This document shows, piece by piece, positions 8,164 to 17,096 of a stretch of 33,558 bases of DNA (positions are counted from its first letter, which is position 1; each line of letters opens with the position of its first letter). The notes beneath the pieces were generated by a model, which had not been told where the DNA came from, ran no database searches, and was given only the letters and a program-made list of their open reading frames with translations. The position numbers were made by a program, and so were the translations under genes. Origin of the DNA: a virus (lineage: Duplodnaviria; Caudoviricetes); IMG/VR virus record IMGVR_UViG_3300043218_000040, positions 1 through 33,558 of that record, one strand, 5' to 3'.

Positions 8164-8900
8164 CCAAAAAGAAAGCAAGTAGCGAAACAGGGATTGTCTC
8201 ATGGGAAGAGATGATGAAGGACGAGGCTAAGGATGTAGCCAAAACCGAACGGCCTAGCGTCACACGTATATCATTGCAGTCAGGGGTTATGACATTTAAT
8301 GACACCCCTGTGCCTGATAATGAGTTGACCTGCATTGTGGCCGACGTAGTACATGAGCAGGTATATTACGACCAGCCTTACGAGCCGGGCGTAGTCAACC
8401 CTCCCGCTTGCTTCGCTTATGGCGATGTAGGCCAGGACCTTCAAGCACACGAAGCTGTGCCTGAGCGTGACTGGGAAGGATGGGGGACGTGTGCCACCTG
8501 TATTATGAACGCATGGCGGAAGCCACCCGGAAAGGGGAAACCCTGTGGGGAACGTCGCAAGCTGGCAATTCTGCCGTGGCTTGACAACGTAGAGGAATAC
8601 GGTAACGCTGAAATTGCTGTGTTGAGCTTGCCAGTTATGTCGGTTAAGAATTGGGCCAACTATGTCAATGGGCTGTCGGCTAACTTCCAACGCCCTTCGT
8701 GGGGTATGCTCACTAAGATAATGGTGAAGCCAGACCCTAAGTCGCAATTCCGGGTGCATTTTGAACCAGTTGAACCACTAAGCGACGAGTATATCGCCGC
8801 AACCCATGCTCGTAAAGACGTATGCCGCAGCACGTTGATGGTCCCCTATGACCTTAGCCCCAAGAGCGAGGAGGCCCCGGCAGACAGCGGTAAATATTGA
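8160..8900 (+). CDS. Putative ssDNA-binding/recombination protein
   Basis: position before PolA; PACF, CATC..N, GKGKPC..RRKLA, LSLPVMSVKNW..Y pattern; acidic tail. Confidence 0.55.
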   Translation: MTKKKASSETGIVSWEEMMKDEAKDVAKTERPSVTRISLQSGVMTFNDTPVPDNELTCIVADVVHEQVYYDQPYEPGVVNPPACFAYGDVGQDLQAHEAVPERDWEGWGTCATCIMNAWRKPPGKGKPCGERRKLAILPWLDNVEEYGNAEIAVLSLPVMSVKNWANYVNGLSANFQRPSWGMLTKIMVKPDPKSQFRVHFEPVEPLSDEYIAATHARKDVCRSTLMVPYDLSPKSEEAPADSGKY

Positions 8901-8915
8901 AACAGGGAGAATAGA

Positions 8916-9137
8916 ATGAAGCATTGCAGTTTGTGCGACCGTACGGAAAAGACCCATAAGATATCATCGGTAGGCATATGCTCTACTTGTGATGTTGCGT
9001 TAATCTACTGGAATACCAAGACTACAACCCAGAAGGTTAAGCGAGCAAGGGCGCTTGACAGCTTCCAAGCCCGCATGGAACTTACGCTGGGGAATATTCG
9101 TACTGCCCGAAAACGTAAACGTCGCCGTACAGCGTGA
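8916..9137 (+). CDS. Small zinc-finger protein
   Basis: CSLC...CSTC, very basic C-terminus; GGGAG RBS. Confidence 0.65.
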   Translation: MKHCSLCDRTEKTHKISSVGICSTCDVALIYWNTKTTTQKVKRARALDSFQARMELTLGNIRTARKRKRRRTA

Positions 9138-10945
9138 TGCTACAAGATCCCATAACGCTTGACTGGGAAACTGAAGCTATTGTCGGAAACCCATTAGTCA
9201 AGCCCCCGATGCCCTGTGGTCTCGCTTCCATAGGTATCATAGATGCTTCCAGCCCGGTCTACACGACGGGCTGGGACTCTATGCGGGTGATGTGGAAGCA
9301 AGCTATAGATTCTAAACGTCCACTTATATTCCACCACGCACAGTTTGACCTAGCAGTAGGAACCCATTGGTTCAAAACTGAACGACCACATTGGGAGCGA
9401 GTACATGATACAATGTTCTTACTGTTTTTGGATGATCCCTACAGCAATACTCTTAGTCTTAAGCCTGCTGCTGATAGGTATTTGGATATGCCGCCGGAAG
9501 AACAGGATAGGCTTACTGAATGGATCCTCGCTAACATCCCGGAGGCGACAAAAAAGACAGCAGGAGCTTATATCTCACGTGCTCCTAGCACTCTTGTCGC
9601 CCCATACGCACAAGGTGATGTACTTCGTACCTTCGGACTGTTCAATCTTCTCTATACTCCAGAAATTAAAGAACCTTATGATAGAGAACGTAGGCTCGCC
9701 CCCATCATGGCGGAGAGTAGCCGAAATGGAATACGTGTTGATGTGGAAAGACTCGCAGCTGACGTTGACATTTGCACTGTTGGCCTCGCACAAGCGGAAC
9801 AACGGATTTATAAAAGGCTTGGATGCGACGAATTTAACATCGGATCAGGAACTGTTCTTGCGGACAGACTTGATACAGCAGGAGTTATGCGAGAATGGAA
9901 GTACACCCCAACAGGACGACGAAGCACCGCCAAAGACAACTTAATTCAAGGAATCGATCCAGAGTACAAAGACCTGTTAGACCTACTGGCCTATCGGTCT
10001 ACTATGAGTACATGCATCGGTACGTTTATGACCCCGTGGCTCGCTTTTGCCGAAGCCGATGGGCGCGTTCACACAGAGTGGAATCAGGTAAAGAATAATG
10101 AAAAAGGGATTGCAGGCGCAAGAACTGGTCGATTGTCTAGCGCACGACCCAACTTCCAAAACCCTCCTAATCCGTTTGATTGGATCATACCGGGGGGTCT
10201 TCCAGCGTTGCCCAATATGCGGGAGTACCTATTACCTGAAACTTACCACATATGGATTAAAAGGGATTTTAGTTCCCAAGAAATCCGTATCTTGGCTCAT
10301 TTTGAAGATGGCACCCTCATGGTGGCGTATTGCAATGACCCCTTTCTTGACCCGCACACGATGGCACAAGATCTCATTAGACAAATTACGGGGAAGCTGT
10401 ATGCCCGCCCCGACGTAAAGATCACAGGCTTTAGTATTATCTACGGTAGTGGGGTGCCGGGCCTAAGTCAACAGCTTAAGAAGCCCCCTGCTGTGGCCTT
10501 CGAGCTACGGAACGCCTACTTTAAGGCTATGCCAGCGGCGGCACAACTCGCTGCGTCTACGCGCAGTCGAGGGCGTTCTGGGGGTACAATCCGCACATGG
10601 GGCGGACGGCACTACCCGGTAGAGCCAGCGAAGCTAATCAAAGGTAAGATGCGTAGCTTTGAGTATAAGTTACTCAACTATTTAATCCAAGGCAGCGCAG
10701 GTGACCAAACTAAAGAGGTTATTTGTAATTGGCATGATATAAAGGATTTGGACACTATGTTCCTGGCCACCATACATGATGAAATTAACGCTTCCGTACC
10801 CACCGAAATATGGGAGGAAGAAATGGCGCACCTTCGCTATGCTATGGATGCAGATTTGTTTGATGTGCCTATGCGTAGCGAGGGCTTCCATGGGCCTAAT
10901 TGGGGTTCACTTACAAAAATGACAAGGAAAGAAGATTATGGCTAA
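9134..10945 (+). CDS. Family A DNA polymerase with 3'-5' exonuclease
   Basis: ExoI DWET, ExoII HHAQFD, ExoIII YAQGD; TGRLSSARPNFQN; motif A DFSSQEIRILAH; motif B RPDVKITGFSIIYG; motif C IHDE. Confidence 0.97.
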   Translation: MMLQDPITLDWETEAIVGNPLVKPPMPCGLASIGIIDASSPVYTTGWDSMRVMWKQAIDSKRPLIFHHAQFDLAVGTHWFKTERPHWERVHDTMFLLFLDDPYSNTLSLKPAADRYLDMPPEEQDRLTEWILANIPEATKKTAGAYISRAPSTLVAPYAQGDVLRTFGLFNLLYTPEIKEPYDRERRLAPIMAESSRNGIRVDVERLAADVDICTVGLAQAEQRIYKRLGCDEFNIGSGTVLADRLDTAGVMREWKYTPTGRRSTAKDNLIQGIDPEYKDLLDLLAYRSTMSTCIGTFMTPWLAFAEADGRVHTEWNQVKNNEKGIAGARTGRLSSARPNFQNPPNPFDWIIPGGLPALPNMREYLLPETYHIWIKRDFSSQEIRILAHFEDGTLMVAYCNDPFLDPHTMAQDLIRQITGKLYARPDVKITGFSIIYGSGVPGLSQQLKKPPAVAFELRNAYFKAMPAAAQLAASTRSRGRSGGTIRTWGGRHYPVEPAKLIKGKMRSFEYKLLNYLIQGSAGDQTKEVICNWHDIKDLDTMFLATIHDEINASVPTEIWEEEMAHLRYAMDADLFDVPMRSEGFHGPNWGSLTKMTRKEDYG

Positions 10946-11237
10946 TGAAACAGGGCTAGATCAAGCAGTACCGAGCCAAGAACCTACTCTTGAAGTAGCG
11001 AATAACAATGGTCAAAGTATACGAGACAGTCTTACAGATTGTGAAGGTACGATACAGCGTATGGAAGATTTCCTACAAGGCCCAAGGCCAGAAAAAGAAC
11101 GTGGGGGTACTGTAGAAGGCTGCCCTTCTGGAATACTGGCACAGCTCTGCCAAATAGGTGCAAACAATCATGATCGACTTATGGATATCCACCGGCGGAT
11201 AACTCGTATATCTAATACTCTGGGCGTACCACAATGA
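10938..11237 (+). CDS. Hypothetical protein
   Basis: coupled ORF in operon. Confidence 0.65.
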   Translation: MANETGLDQAVPSQEPTLEVANNNGQSIRDSLTDCEGTIQRMEDFLQGPRPEKERGGTVEGCPSGILAQLCQIGANNHDRLMDIHRRITRISNTLGVPQ

Positions 11238-11470
11238 GCGGCGAACTTGGTGGCCCTCCTAATGACCCTATTACAGGACCGGAAGAAACTGCAATGATAC
11301 GGGCTATGGCTGAAGCTATAGCGATTAGAGTGGGGCTGGATATGGCGGATGGTAAACTTCTAGACCGTCCGTTCCTGTTGCTTCTCTTCCTATGTGAAAA
11401 CATACTAGACCGCTTAGAGCTTCTTGAGAGAGTCCATGAAATCAAACATGAAAAGGGAAATGGCAAATGA
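11234..11470 (+). CDS. Hypothetical protein
   Basis: ATGA overlaps on both sides. Confidence 0.6.
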   Translation: MSGELGGPPNDPITGPEETAMIRAMAEAIAIRVGLDMADGKLLDRPFLLLLFLCENILDRLELLERVHEIKHEKGNGK

Positions 11471-12135
11471 ACTACGGCCCTTACTCGTATTCACGGATGG
11501 CTACTTTCAATAAGTGTCCAGCTAAATTCAAATTTAATTACATAGATAAGGTGAAGGTAGAGTTTATCGTATCACCAGCTATGGAGCGAGGCACTGAAAT
11601 CCATAACTCGCTTGAAGCCTTTATGAATGGCCATAGTGAACACCTACACCCGGATATACATAGTCATTACGGGCAATTTTTCTTTAGCCTTCGGGAAACT
11701 TACGAATGTCAGCCTGAGTATAAGTGGGGCATAGATGAAGACTTGGCCCCCTGTGGGTATGACCACCCTGACGTTATGGTGCGGGGCTTCATGGACCTAC
11801 GCTTTGTGCCAAAGGACGAACGGGTTCAGGTATTTGAGTATAAGACAGGGAAAATATACCCTGAGCATACTCAGCAGCAATGGCTCTATGGCGTGGTAAC
11901 TCTCCTAGAATTACCAGACCAAGAAGGAGTGGATGTTACAGCCGTCTACTTAGACCAAAAGCAGAACAAAAAGATTTACTACCCAGCTTCAATGATGTTT
12001 GAGTACAAGCCAGCCCTTCTACGAGAAATTGAAACAATTGAAAATACCCCACTGGAAGAGTTCATACCTAAGCCCCAATGGACTTGCAAGTGGTGTCAGT
12101 TTAGCAAGGCGAATGGAGGCCCCTGTAAATTTTAG
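11467..12135 (+). CDS. PD-(D/E)XK exonuclease, Cas4/RecB-like
   Basis: SYSR...CP, RGTEIH, RGFMD, EYKTG, Q..LY, CKWC..C (1+3 Cys). Confidence 0.9.
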   Translation: MNYGPYSYSRMATFNKCPAKFKFNYIDKVKVEFIVSPAMERGTEIHNSLEAFMNGHSEHLHPDIHSHYGQFFFSLRETYECQPEYKWGIDEDLAPCGYDHPDVMVRGFMDLRFVPKDERVQVFEYKTGKIYPEHTQQQWLYGVVTLLELPDQEGVDVTAVYLDQKQNKKIYYPASMMFEYKPALLREIETIENTPLEEFIPKPQWTCKWCQFSKANGGPCKF

Positions 12136-12416
12136 AAAGTAAACTAGAAAAGAAGGCCAGCAACTATGCTGAAACTCTCAATTACATATCACTTAAAATT
12201 AACGTCGTGGGGCAACGAGGTTGGCCTGATCATCTCTTCGTTAATACTAACGGATATCACGTATGGATTGAGTTTAAGAAGCTCGGGGAGAAGCCTTCTA
12301 AAATACAAGATTACCGACTCAAGCAACTTATTGAGCAAGGCGCTTCAGCGTATTGGACGGACAACTATGAAAGAGCTAAGACCATACTAGATGAGCATTC
12401 CCTGGACACCCCATGA
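12129..12416 (+). CDS. VRR-NUC domain nuclease (probable ATT start)
   Basis: LESKLEK...GQRGWPD...WIEFK..GEKPSKIQ; frame opens at ATT 12129 after in-frame TAA, GGAGG 9 nt upstream. Confidence 0.85.
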   Translation: MLESKLEKKASNYAETLNYISLKINVVGQRGWPDHLFVNTNGYHVWIEFKKLGEKPSKIQDYRLKQLIEQGASAYWTDNYERAKTILDEHSLDTP

Positions 12417-13752
12417 GTACCAGCTTCGCGCCTTAAAGTTCATACTATCGCAGGGGAGCGGAGGGCTCTTCCTTGACCCCGGCCTCGGAAAAACTGCTGT
12501 GTGTCTTGCTGCTTACAAGATACTCAAGAGCAAGGGTCTAGCCCCCAAAGGAATGCTAGTTATCGCTCCCCTGCGTCCCTGTTATAAAGTCTGGCCTGAC
12601 GAAATAGAAAAGTGGTTGGACTTTAATGAGATCAGCTATGCGGTAGTGCATGGTAATGATAAGCGGCAGATGCTAGAGCTAGATGTAGACATACACATCA
12701 TTAACCCTGAGGGGCTGGCGTGGCTCTTTAACATCAAGTCTTCCCACCGTAAGGAATGGACTATTGTATGCGTAGACGAGAGTACCAAGTTCAAAAACTC
12801 AACAACTAAAAGATTTAAGTTAATGAGGCCCCACTTCCCCCGGTTTGATCGCAGGTGGATACTCACAGGAACCCCTATGCCCCTCGGCCTAGAGGATTTA
12901 TTCGGCCAAATGTTTATCCTGGACGAAGGAAACGCATTGGGCCGATATGTTACTCACTACCGAAATAAGTTTTTCCACAGCAATGCTTGGGAACCTTACA
13001 AGTTCTACCCCAATATGGGAGCATGGGAACTTATAATGGCGAGAGTAGACCCTCTGGTAATTCGGCTGGCTGCGGAGGATTATCTGGAGATGCCTGCTGT
13101 ACTGCAAGAGCGTATTTATGTAGACTTGCCCTCAGAGGCTAGGGAGAAATATAATGACATCGAAAATGAGTTCATCACCCAAATCAACGAAGGAGTCGTG
13201 GTCGCAGCTAACGCTGCCGTTGCAGGAGGGAAGTGTCGGCAAATTTGCAACGGAGCTATATATACCAGTAAAGAACATGACTGGAGTCAAATCCACAACG
13301 CCAAACTTGATGCAGTGGAAGAGCTTATTGAGCAACTTGGAGGGGCTCCAGTATTACTTATGTATGAATTCAATCATGACAAAGAGCGATTACTTGGACG
13401 CTTTGGCTCTGCAACACCTGTTCTTGGCGGAGGCACGTCGATTGGAAAGTCTAACGAGTACATACGTGCTTTCAACGAGGGGGCTTATCCTATAATGATC
13501 TGCCACCCGGCTTCCATGGCGCACGGACTTAACTTGCAAGAAGCCTGCCATCATATAGTGTGGTTCGGCATAACGTGGAACCTTGAATACTACGACCAAG
13601 CCAATGCGCGTGTGAATAGGCAAGGTCAGAAATTCCCAGTATTTATTTATCACATATTAGCTTCCGACACATTGGATGATACAGTAATGGATACTCTAGC
13701 TTTTAAGGATCATAACCAGAAAATGCTATTTACGAGCTTGACAACTAAGTAG
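12391..13752 (+). CDS. SNF2-like superfamily 2 helicase
   Basis: DPGLGKT, VDES, LTGTP, HGLNLQ, QANARVNRQGQ. Confidence 0.95.
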   Translation: MSIPWTPHEYQLRALKFILSQGSGGLFLDPGLGKTAVCLAAYKILKSKGLAPKGMLVIAPLRPCYKVWPDEIEKWLDFNEISYAVVHGNDKRQMLELDVDIHIINPEGLAWLFNIKSSHRKEWTIVCVDESTKFKNSTTKRFKLMRPHFPRFDRRWILTGTPMPLGLEDLFGQMFILDEGNALGRYVTHYRNKFFHSNAWEPYKFYPNMGAWELIMARVDPLVIRLAAEDYLEMPAVLQERIYVDLPSEAREKYNDIENEFITQINEGVVVAANAAVAGGKCRQICNGAIYTSKEHDWSQIHNAKLDAVEELIEQLGGAPVLLMYEFNHDKERLLGRFGSATPVLGGGTSIGKSNEYIRAFNEGAYPIMICHPASMAHGLNLQEACHHIVWFGITWNLEYYDQANARVNRQGQKFPVFIYHILASDTLDDTVMDTLAFKDHNQKMLFTSLTTK

Positions 13753-13781
13753 TTGCACGAAGACGCTCTTTGTGGTACACT
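13753..13781 (+). promoter_or_regulatory. sigma70 promoter with extended -10
   Basis: TTGCAC-17 nt-TACACT preceded by TGG. Confidence 0.7.
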
Positions 13782-13820
13782 CACAATGCACCCATATAAC
13801 CCCAAAGAAGGAGAACGAAA

Positions 13821-14144
13821 ATGGGCAAGTCAAATGTTACGCCGCCGACCGGAGCAAAAGCCAAAGACAAAAAAGAAGCTTCCGGTGATAAGAAGCCCCG
13901 CGCCCCGAGGAAGGATTACGGGTATGCCAAAGGAGCTACCATCGCTCTCACCGATGGTGAACAAAAGTTCCGTGGCGCTCGTGCCCGTTGGTATGAGTAC
14001 CTTACGAAGAGCGACGGTAAGCCTGTTGAGCATTTCGCTAAACTGGCTGAAAAGGCCGAAGAGAAAGAGCAGCCTCGTGGCTGGCTTCGTTTCTTTGTTG
14101 AAGCTGAAGCTTGTACACTGACGCCACCTCCGGCTGAAGCGTAA
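13821..14144 (+). CDS. Small basic protein, putative DNA-binding; paralog of 1827-2096
   Basis: AAGGAG RBS; Lys-rich N-terminal arm; FRGARARW..GKPVEHFA..GWLRFF. Confidence 0.8.
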   Translation: MGKSNVTPPTGAKAKDKKEASGDKKPRAPRKDYGYAKGATIALTDGEQKFRGARARWYEYLTKSDGKPVEHFAKLAEKAEEKEQPRGWLRFFVEAEACTLTPPPAEA

Positions 14145-14150
14145 GCCCTA

Positions 14151-14189
14151 GAGCTCCGGTTACATTTGTGATCGGAGCTCGTTTTGTTT
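14151..14189 (+). terminator. Rho-independent terminator
   Basis: GAGCTCCGGTTAC-attt-GTGATCGGAGCTC followed by GTTTTGTTT. Confidence 0.75.
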
Positions 14190-14202
14190 GTGGGGAAAGA
14201 TT

Positions 14203-15033
14203 ATGAACTTATACATAATGACCAGAGGGCGCATAGGGGCGCAACGAACTTATACTTCAATTCCTTTTAGTTGGCGGGATAAATGCTTCCTTGTAGTGCC
14301 GCAAGAAGAACATGGGCAGCACTTCACGCTAGGAGGGGATGATGACTTCGGTAAGCGCATAGAAACTATTCCTGTCCCATACACTGTCACCAACTATAGC
14401 CAGAAAATGCAATGGATCTTGCAAGATGGGATGAATGACGGCAATGAATGCTGTGTTATTCTTGATGATGATTTAGTATTCAGCCACAAGATTATGAAGG
14501 AAAATACAAAGACTGGCTTCACATTAAAAACCTTAGAGGGGGCAGAAACAGAACGCCTGCTAACCCTCTTTGGTTTTATGGAGATATTACTTGAAGACAC
14601 AGCACTCGTCGGAGTACACCCTAGACAAATGGGCCACGTTCAAAAACCGCCTTACAACGAGAACGGAAAAGTTATCTGCGTACAAGGAATCAATAGGCGA
14701 ATGGTTGGTGATATTCCTGATATCGCTAAGTTCCCTATTCTTTCTGATGTGGTACTCAATGCCACCCTATTAGCGAGGGGGCAGGGGAATAAAATAATCA
14801 CTACCTTCTTTCAGGACTGGGGGAGTTGCAACGCGCCCGGAGGATGCAGTTTATACCGAACACCTGAAATGCAAGCTGAAGCCTGCTACTGGCTAGAAGA
14901 ACGCTTCGGCCCTTACATCAAAGCAGTAGAAAAGGAGTCAAAAGATGGATGGTTGGGAGGTAAGCGAGTTGACTTTAGAGGTCAATGGAAGGCACTATAC
15001 AAGGCCGGAACTGCTGGCCTATTGGATATCTGA
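14203..15033 (+). CDS. GT-A fold glycosyltransferase, GREB1/TAGT/J-glucosyltransferase-like
   Basis: YIMTRGR, FLVVPQEE, VILDDDL (DxD), SDVVLN, PGGCSLYR motifs; next to nucleotide-modification genes. Confidence 0.75.
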   Translation: MNLYIMTRGRIGAQRTYTSIPFSWRDKCFLVVPQEEHGQHFTLGGDDDFGKRIETIPVPYTVTNYSQKMQWILQDGMNDGNECCVILDDDLVFSHKIMKENTKTGFTLKTLEGAETERLLTLFGFMEILLEDTALVGVHPRQMGHVQKPPYNENGKVICVQGINRRMVGDIPDIAKFPILSDVVLNATLLARGQGNKIITTFFQDWGSCNAPGGCSLYRTPEMQAEACYWLEERFGPYIKAVEKESKDGWLGGKRVDFRGQWKALYKAGTAGLLDI

Positions 15034-15790
15034 ACGGGAGAGGATACGTGTTAAAAAGGAACGTGGTGATCAGCGACCATGGAGCCAAGATCTGGTATTC
15101 CAACGGACATATTTCTGCAACGTTCACAGGGAGGACGATCGTGTTACGCGATGGCTCAGGGAAAACTATACTCCGAATACGTTCGGAGACTTCTATGAAG
15201 TTGCGGTTGTCGCGGGGCGTCTCTTTAACTGGCCCGAAACCCTTGAAGAAATAAAATTCAGCCTAGTCCCTTCCCCCCATATGAAGCTATGGGACGTACT
15301 GACTAAACGGCAGGAACGTGGGGATAAAGTCTGGGGAGGGGCATACCTCATTACTACCCACGGGCGCAAAATGTCTAAAGTAGACTATTGCGTAGAGGTA
15401 CTGCAAAAGGTGATAGACATCACCCCAGCTTCTTGCCAGCCTAATTGCGAAGACTACTGGCATTGGTTCAAACGTGTTGATGGTCTAGGTAGCTTCCTCT
15501 GTGCTCAAATTGTGGCTGATCTAAAGAATACAATAGGTCACCCGCTGGCAGGATCCCCTGATTGGCTGACCTTCTCAGCACCGGGGCCAGGATCCCTTCG
15601 GGGGTTATCATGGTATCACCACAGAAAAATTACAGAAGCCTTATACACAGAAGCTATAGAGGAGGTTGCAGCGGACTTAGGATGGGAATTTTGTATGCAA
15701 GACCTACAGAATTGCATGTGCGAGTTTGACAAGTATTGTCGCGTTCTAACTGGCACTGGCAGGAGTAAGCGGGGCTATGCGGCCTATTGA
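14969..15790 (+). CDS. aGPT-Pplase clade 1 / 5-hmdU DNA kinase helical domain (HhH glycosylase-like fold), stand-alone
   Basis: ERERIR...PWSQD..F....FCNVHREDDR; LFNWPET; HhH-like VDGLGSFLCAQIVADL; GPGSLRGL; DLQNCMCEFDKY; TTG start with GGAGG 8 nt upstream. Confidence 0.85.
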   Translation: MTLEVNGRHYTRPELLAYWISERERIRVKKERGDQRPWSQDLVFQRTYFCNVHREDDRVTRWLRENYTPNTFGDFYEVAVVAGRLFNWPETLEEIKFSLVPSPHMKLWDVLTKRQERGDKVWGGAYLITTHGRKMSKVDYCVEVLQKVIDITPASCQPNCEDYWHWFKRVDGLGSFLCAQIVADLKNTIGHPLAGSPDWLTFSAPGPGSLRGLSWYHHRKITEALYTEAIEEVAADLGWEFCMQDLQNCMCEFDKYCRVLTGTGRSKRGYAAY

Positions 15791-15919
15791 GCTAATATGG
15801 CCCCACCAGATGCCACTCGACGGTAGATCGCATACCGGGCAATGCCTAGCTATTGCCTAGTTATTCAGCCAGTAGACAGGCTTACACTAAAATGCTATAT
15901 AAAACAAGGGGTTACACGC

Positions 15920-16888
15920 GTGATTATAGAAATAACAGGGCGAAACGCGCCTCAAGCATACGTAGAAGGGTTACAGATATTCCGGGTATGCTCTATAATG
16001 GAGCATACTAGGAACGGACCAGCGATGGTACTGCCAGCCCCGGTATTCCTAACCATACAATTTCCTGAGGAGCGTCTACTCAATTGCCCTGTTAGAAGGG
16101 TTAACCCGTTTTTCCATTGTATGGAGTTTGTATGGATGATGGCGGGCAGTAACGATGCTGAGTGGATAGCAAAATTTAACAAACGAATGATGGAGTATGC
16201 AGATGACAAAATTTTACGTGGAGCATACGGATGGCGATGGGCCAATCCGATTTTCCAAATCCCACAAATCATTGACCTTTTGCGTAAAGACCCCGGCAGT
16301 CGCCAAGCTGTCTTGTCCATGTGGGACACAGTATATGATGGACCTAATGCTAGAACCAGTGACAGGCCGTGTAATACTCACATTTACTTTAGAGTAGATG
16401 AAACCGACAACTTAAATATGACAGTATGCAACCGAAGTAATGATTTTATCTGGGGTATGCTGGGAACTAATGTAGTCCATATGACAATGCTACAGGAACT
16501 CATAGCTTCCGCTGCTGGGTTCAAGCTAGGTATGTATCATGTGTTCAGTAATAACTGCCATATCTACACCACCGTCCCCCGGTATGAGGATATTATCAAA
16601 ACAACGCTGGACGTAGACATGTACAAGGGGAAGGGGATGGTTGAAACGCATATGTCCTTGCTGGAACAATGCACTCACATTGAATTTATAGAAGACTGTG
16701 TTCGCTTTGTTGATGGGGAAAGTACCTTCCGCTGCCCGTGGGTACAGCATGTCGCATGGCCTATTAAGATGGCCTACCTGGACCGTTCCAATAGGTTTGA
16801 TTATATTGAAGAAATTGTAGCTTCTGACTGGCATAGAGCCTGTTGGGATTGGGAAACTAGGCGGGTTGAAAGGAAAAAATTAAACTAG
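15920..16888 (+). CDS. Thymidylate synthase-fold enzyme, probable dUMP hydroxymethylase
   Basis: TRNG, NPFFH..E..W, GAYG.R, SRQAVL, catalytic PCN, RSNDFIWGMLGTNVVH, NNCHIY; GTG start with AAGGGG; TAGACA-17-TATATA upstream. Confidence 0.85.
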   Translation: MIIEITGRNAPQAYVEGLQIFRVCSIMEHTRNGPAMVLPAPVFLTIQFPEERLLNCPVRRVNPFFHCMEFVWMMAGSNDAEWIAKFNKRMMEYADDKILRGAYGWRWANPIFQIPQIIDLLRKDPGSRQAVLSMWDTVYDGPNARTSDRPCNTHIYFRVDETDNLNMTVCNRSNDFIWGMLGTNVVHMTMLQELIASAAGFKLGMYHVFSNNCHIYTTVPRYEDIIKTTLDVDMYKGKGMVETHMSLLEQCTHIEFIEDCVRFVDGESTFRCPWVQHVAWPIKMAYLDRSNRFDYIEEIVASDWHRACWDWETRRVERKKLN

Positions 16889-16946
16889 GTCGGGAACCGT
16901 CCTTGTGGTATTATATAAAAGTAGCCTAGCTAAAAGGAATATAGAT

Positions 16947-17096
16947 ATGTCAAACAAGGAAACAGCAGTGAAAGGGTACACGGATGAGATGGAAATGGGC
17001 GAGTTCCTGGGCGATGTTTACCGTGGTGTAAGTCACATAAGGGTAGGGATTTGGTGCCTCGTAGTATTAGAGCTAGCCAAGTTCGTACTATGGTGA
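16947..17096 (+). CDS. Small protein with C-terminal hydrophobic segment
   Basis: AAGGA RBS; VGIWCLVVLELAKFVLW. Confidence 0.5.
   Translation: MSNKETAVKGYTDEMEMGEFLGDVYRGVSHIRVGIWCLVVLELAKFVLW

Noticed and set aside
10400-10450. Unusual PolA motif B residue
   Set aside because: KITGFSIIYG has Phe at the E. coli 762-equivalent position, the ordinary type
11467-12135. Cas4-like nuclease as sign of CRISPR-Cas
   Set aside because: No cas1/cas2 or array; solo Cas4-like exonucleases are common in phage replication modules
15920-16888. T4-like dCMP hydroxymethylase with glucosyl-hmC
   Set aside because: Specificity residue is Asn, not Asp, and no dCTPase is seen; disfavoured though not experimentally excluded
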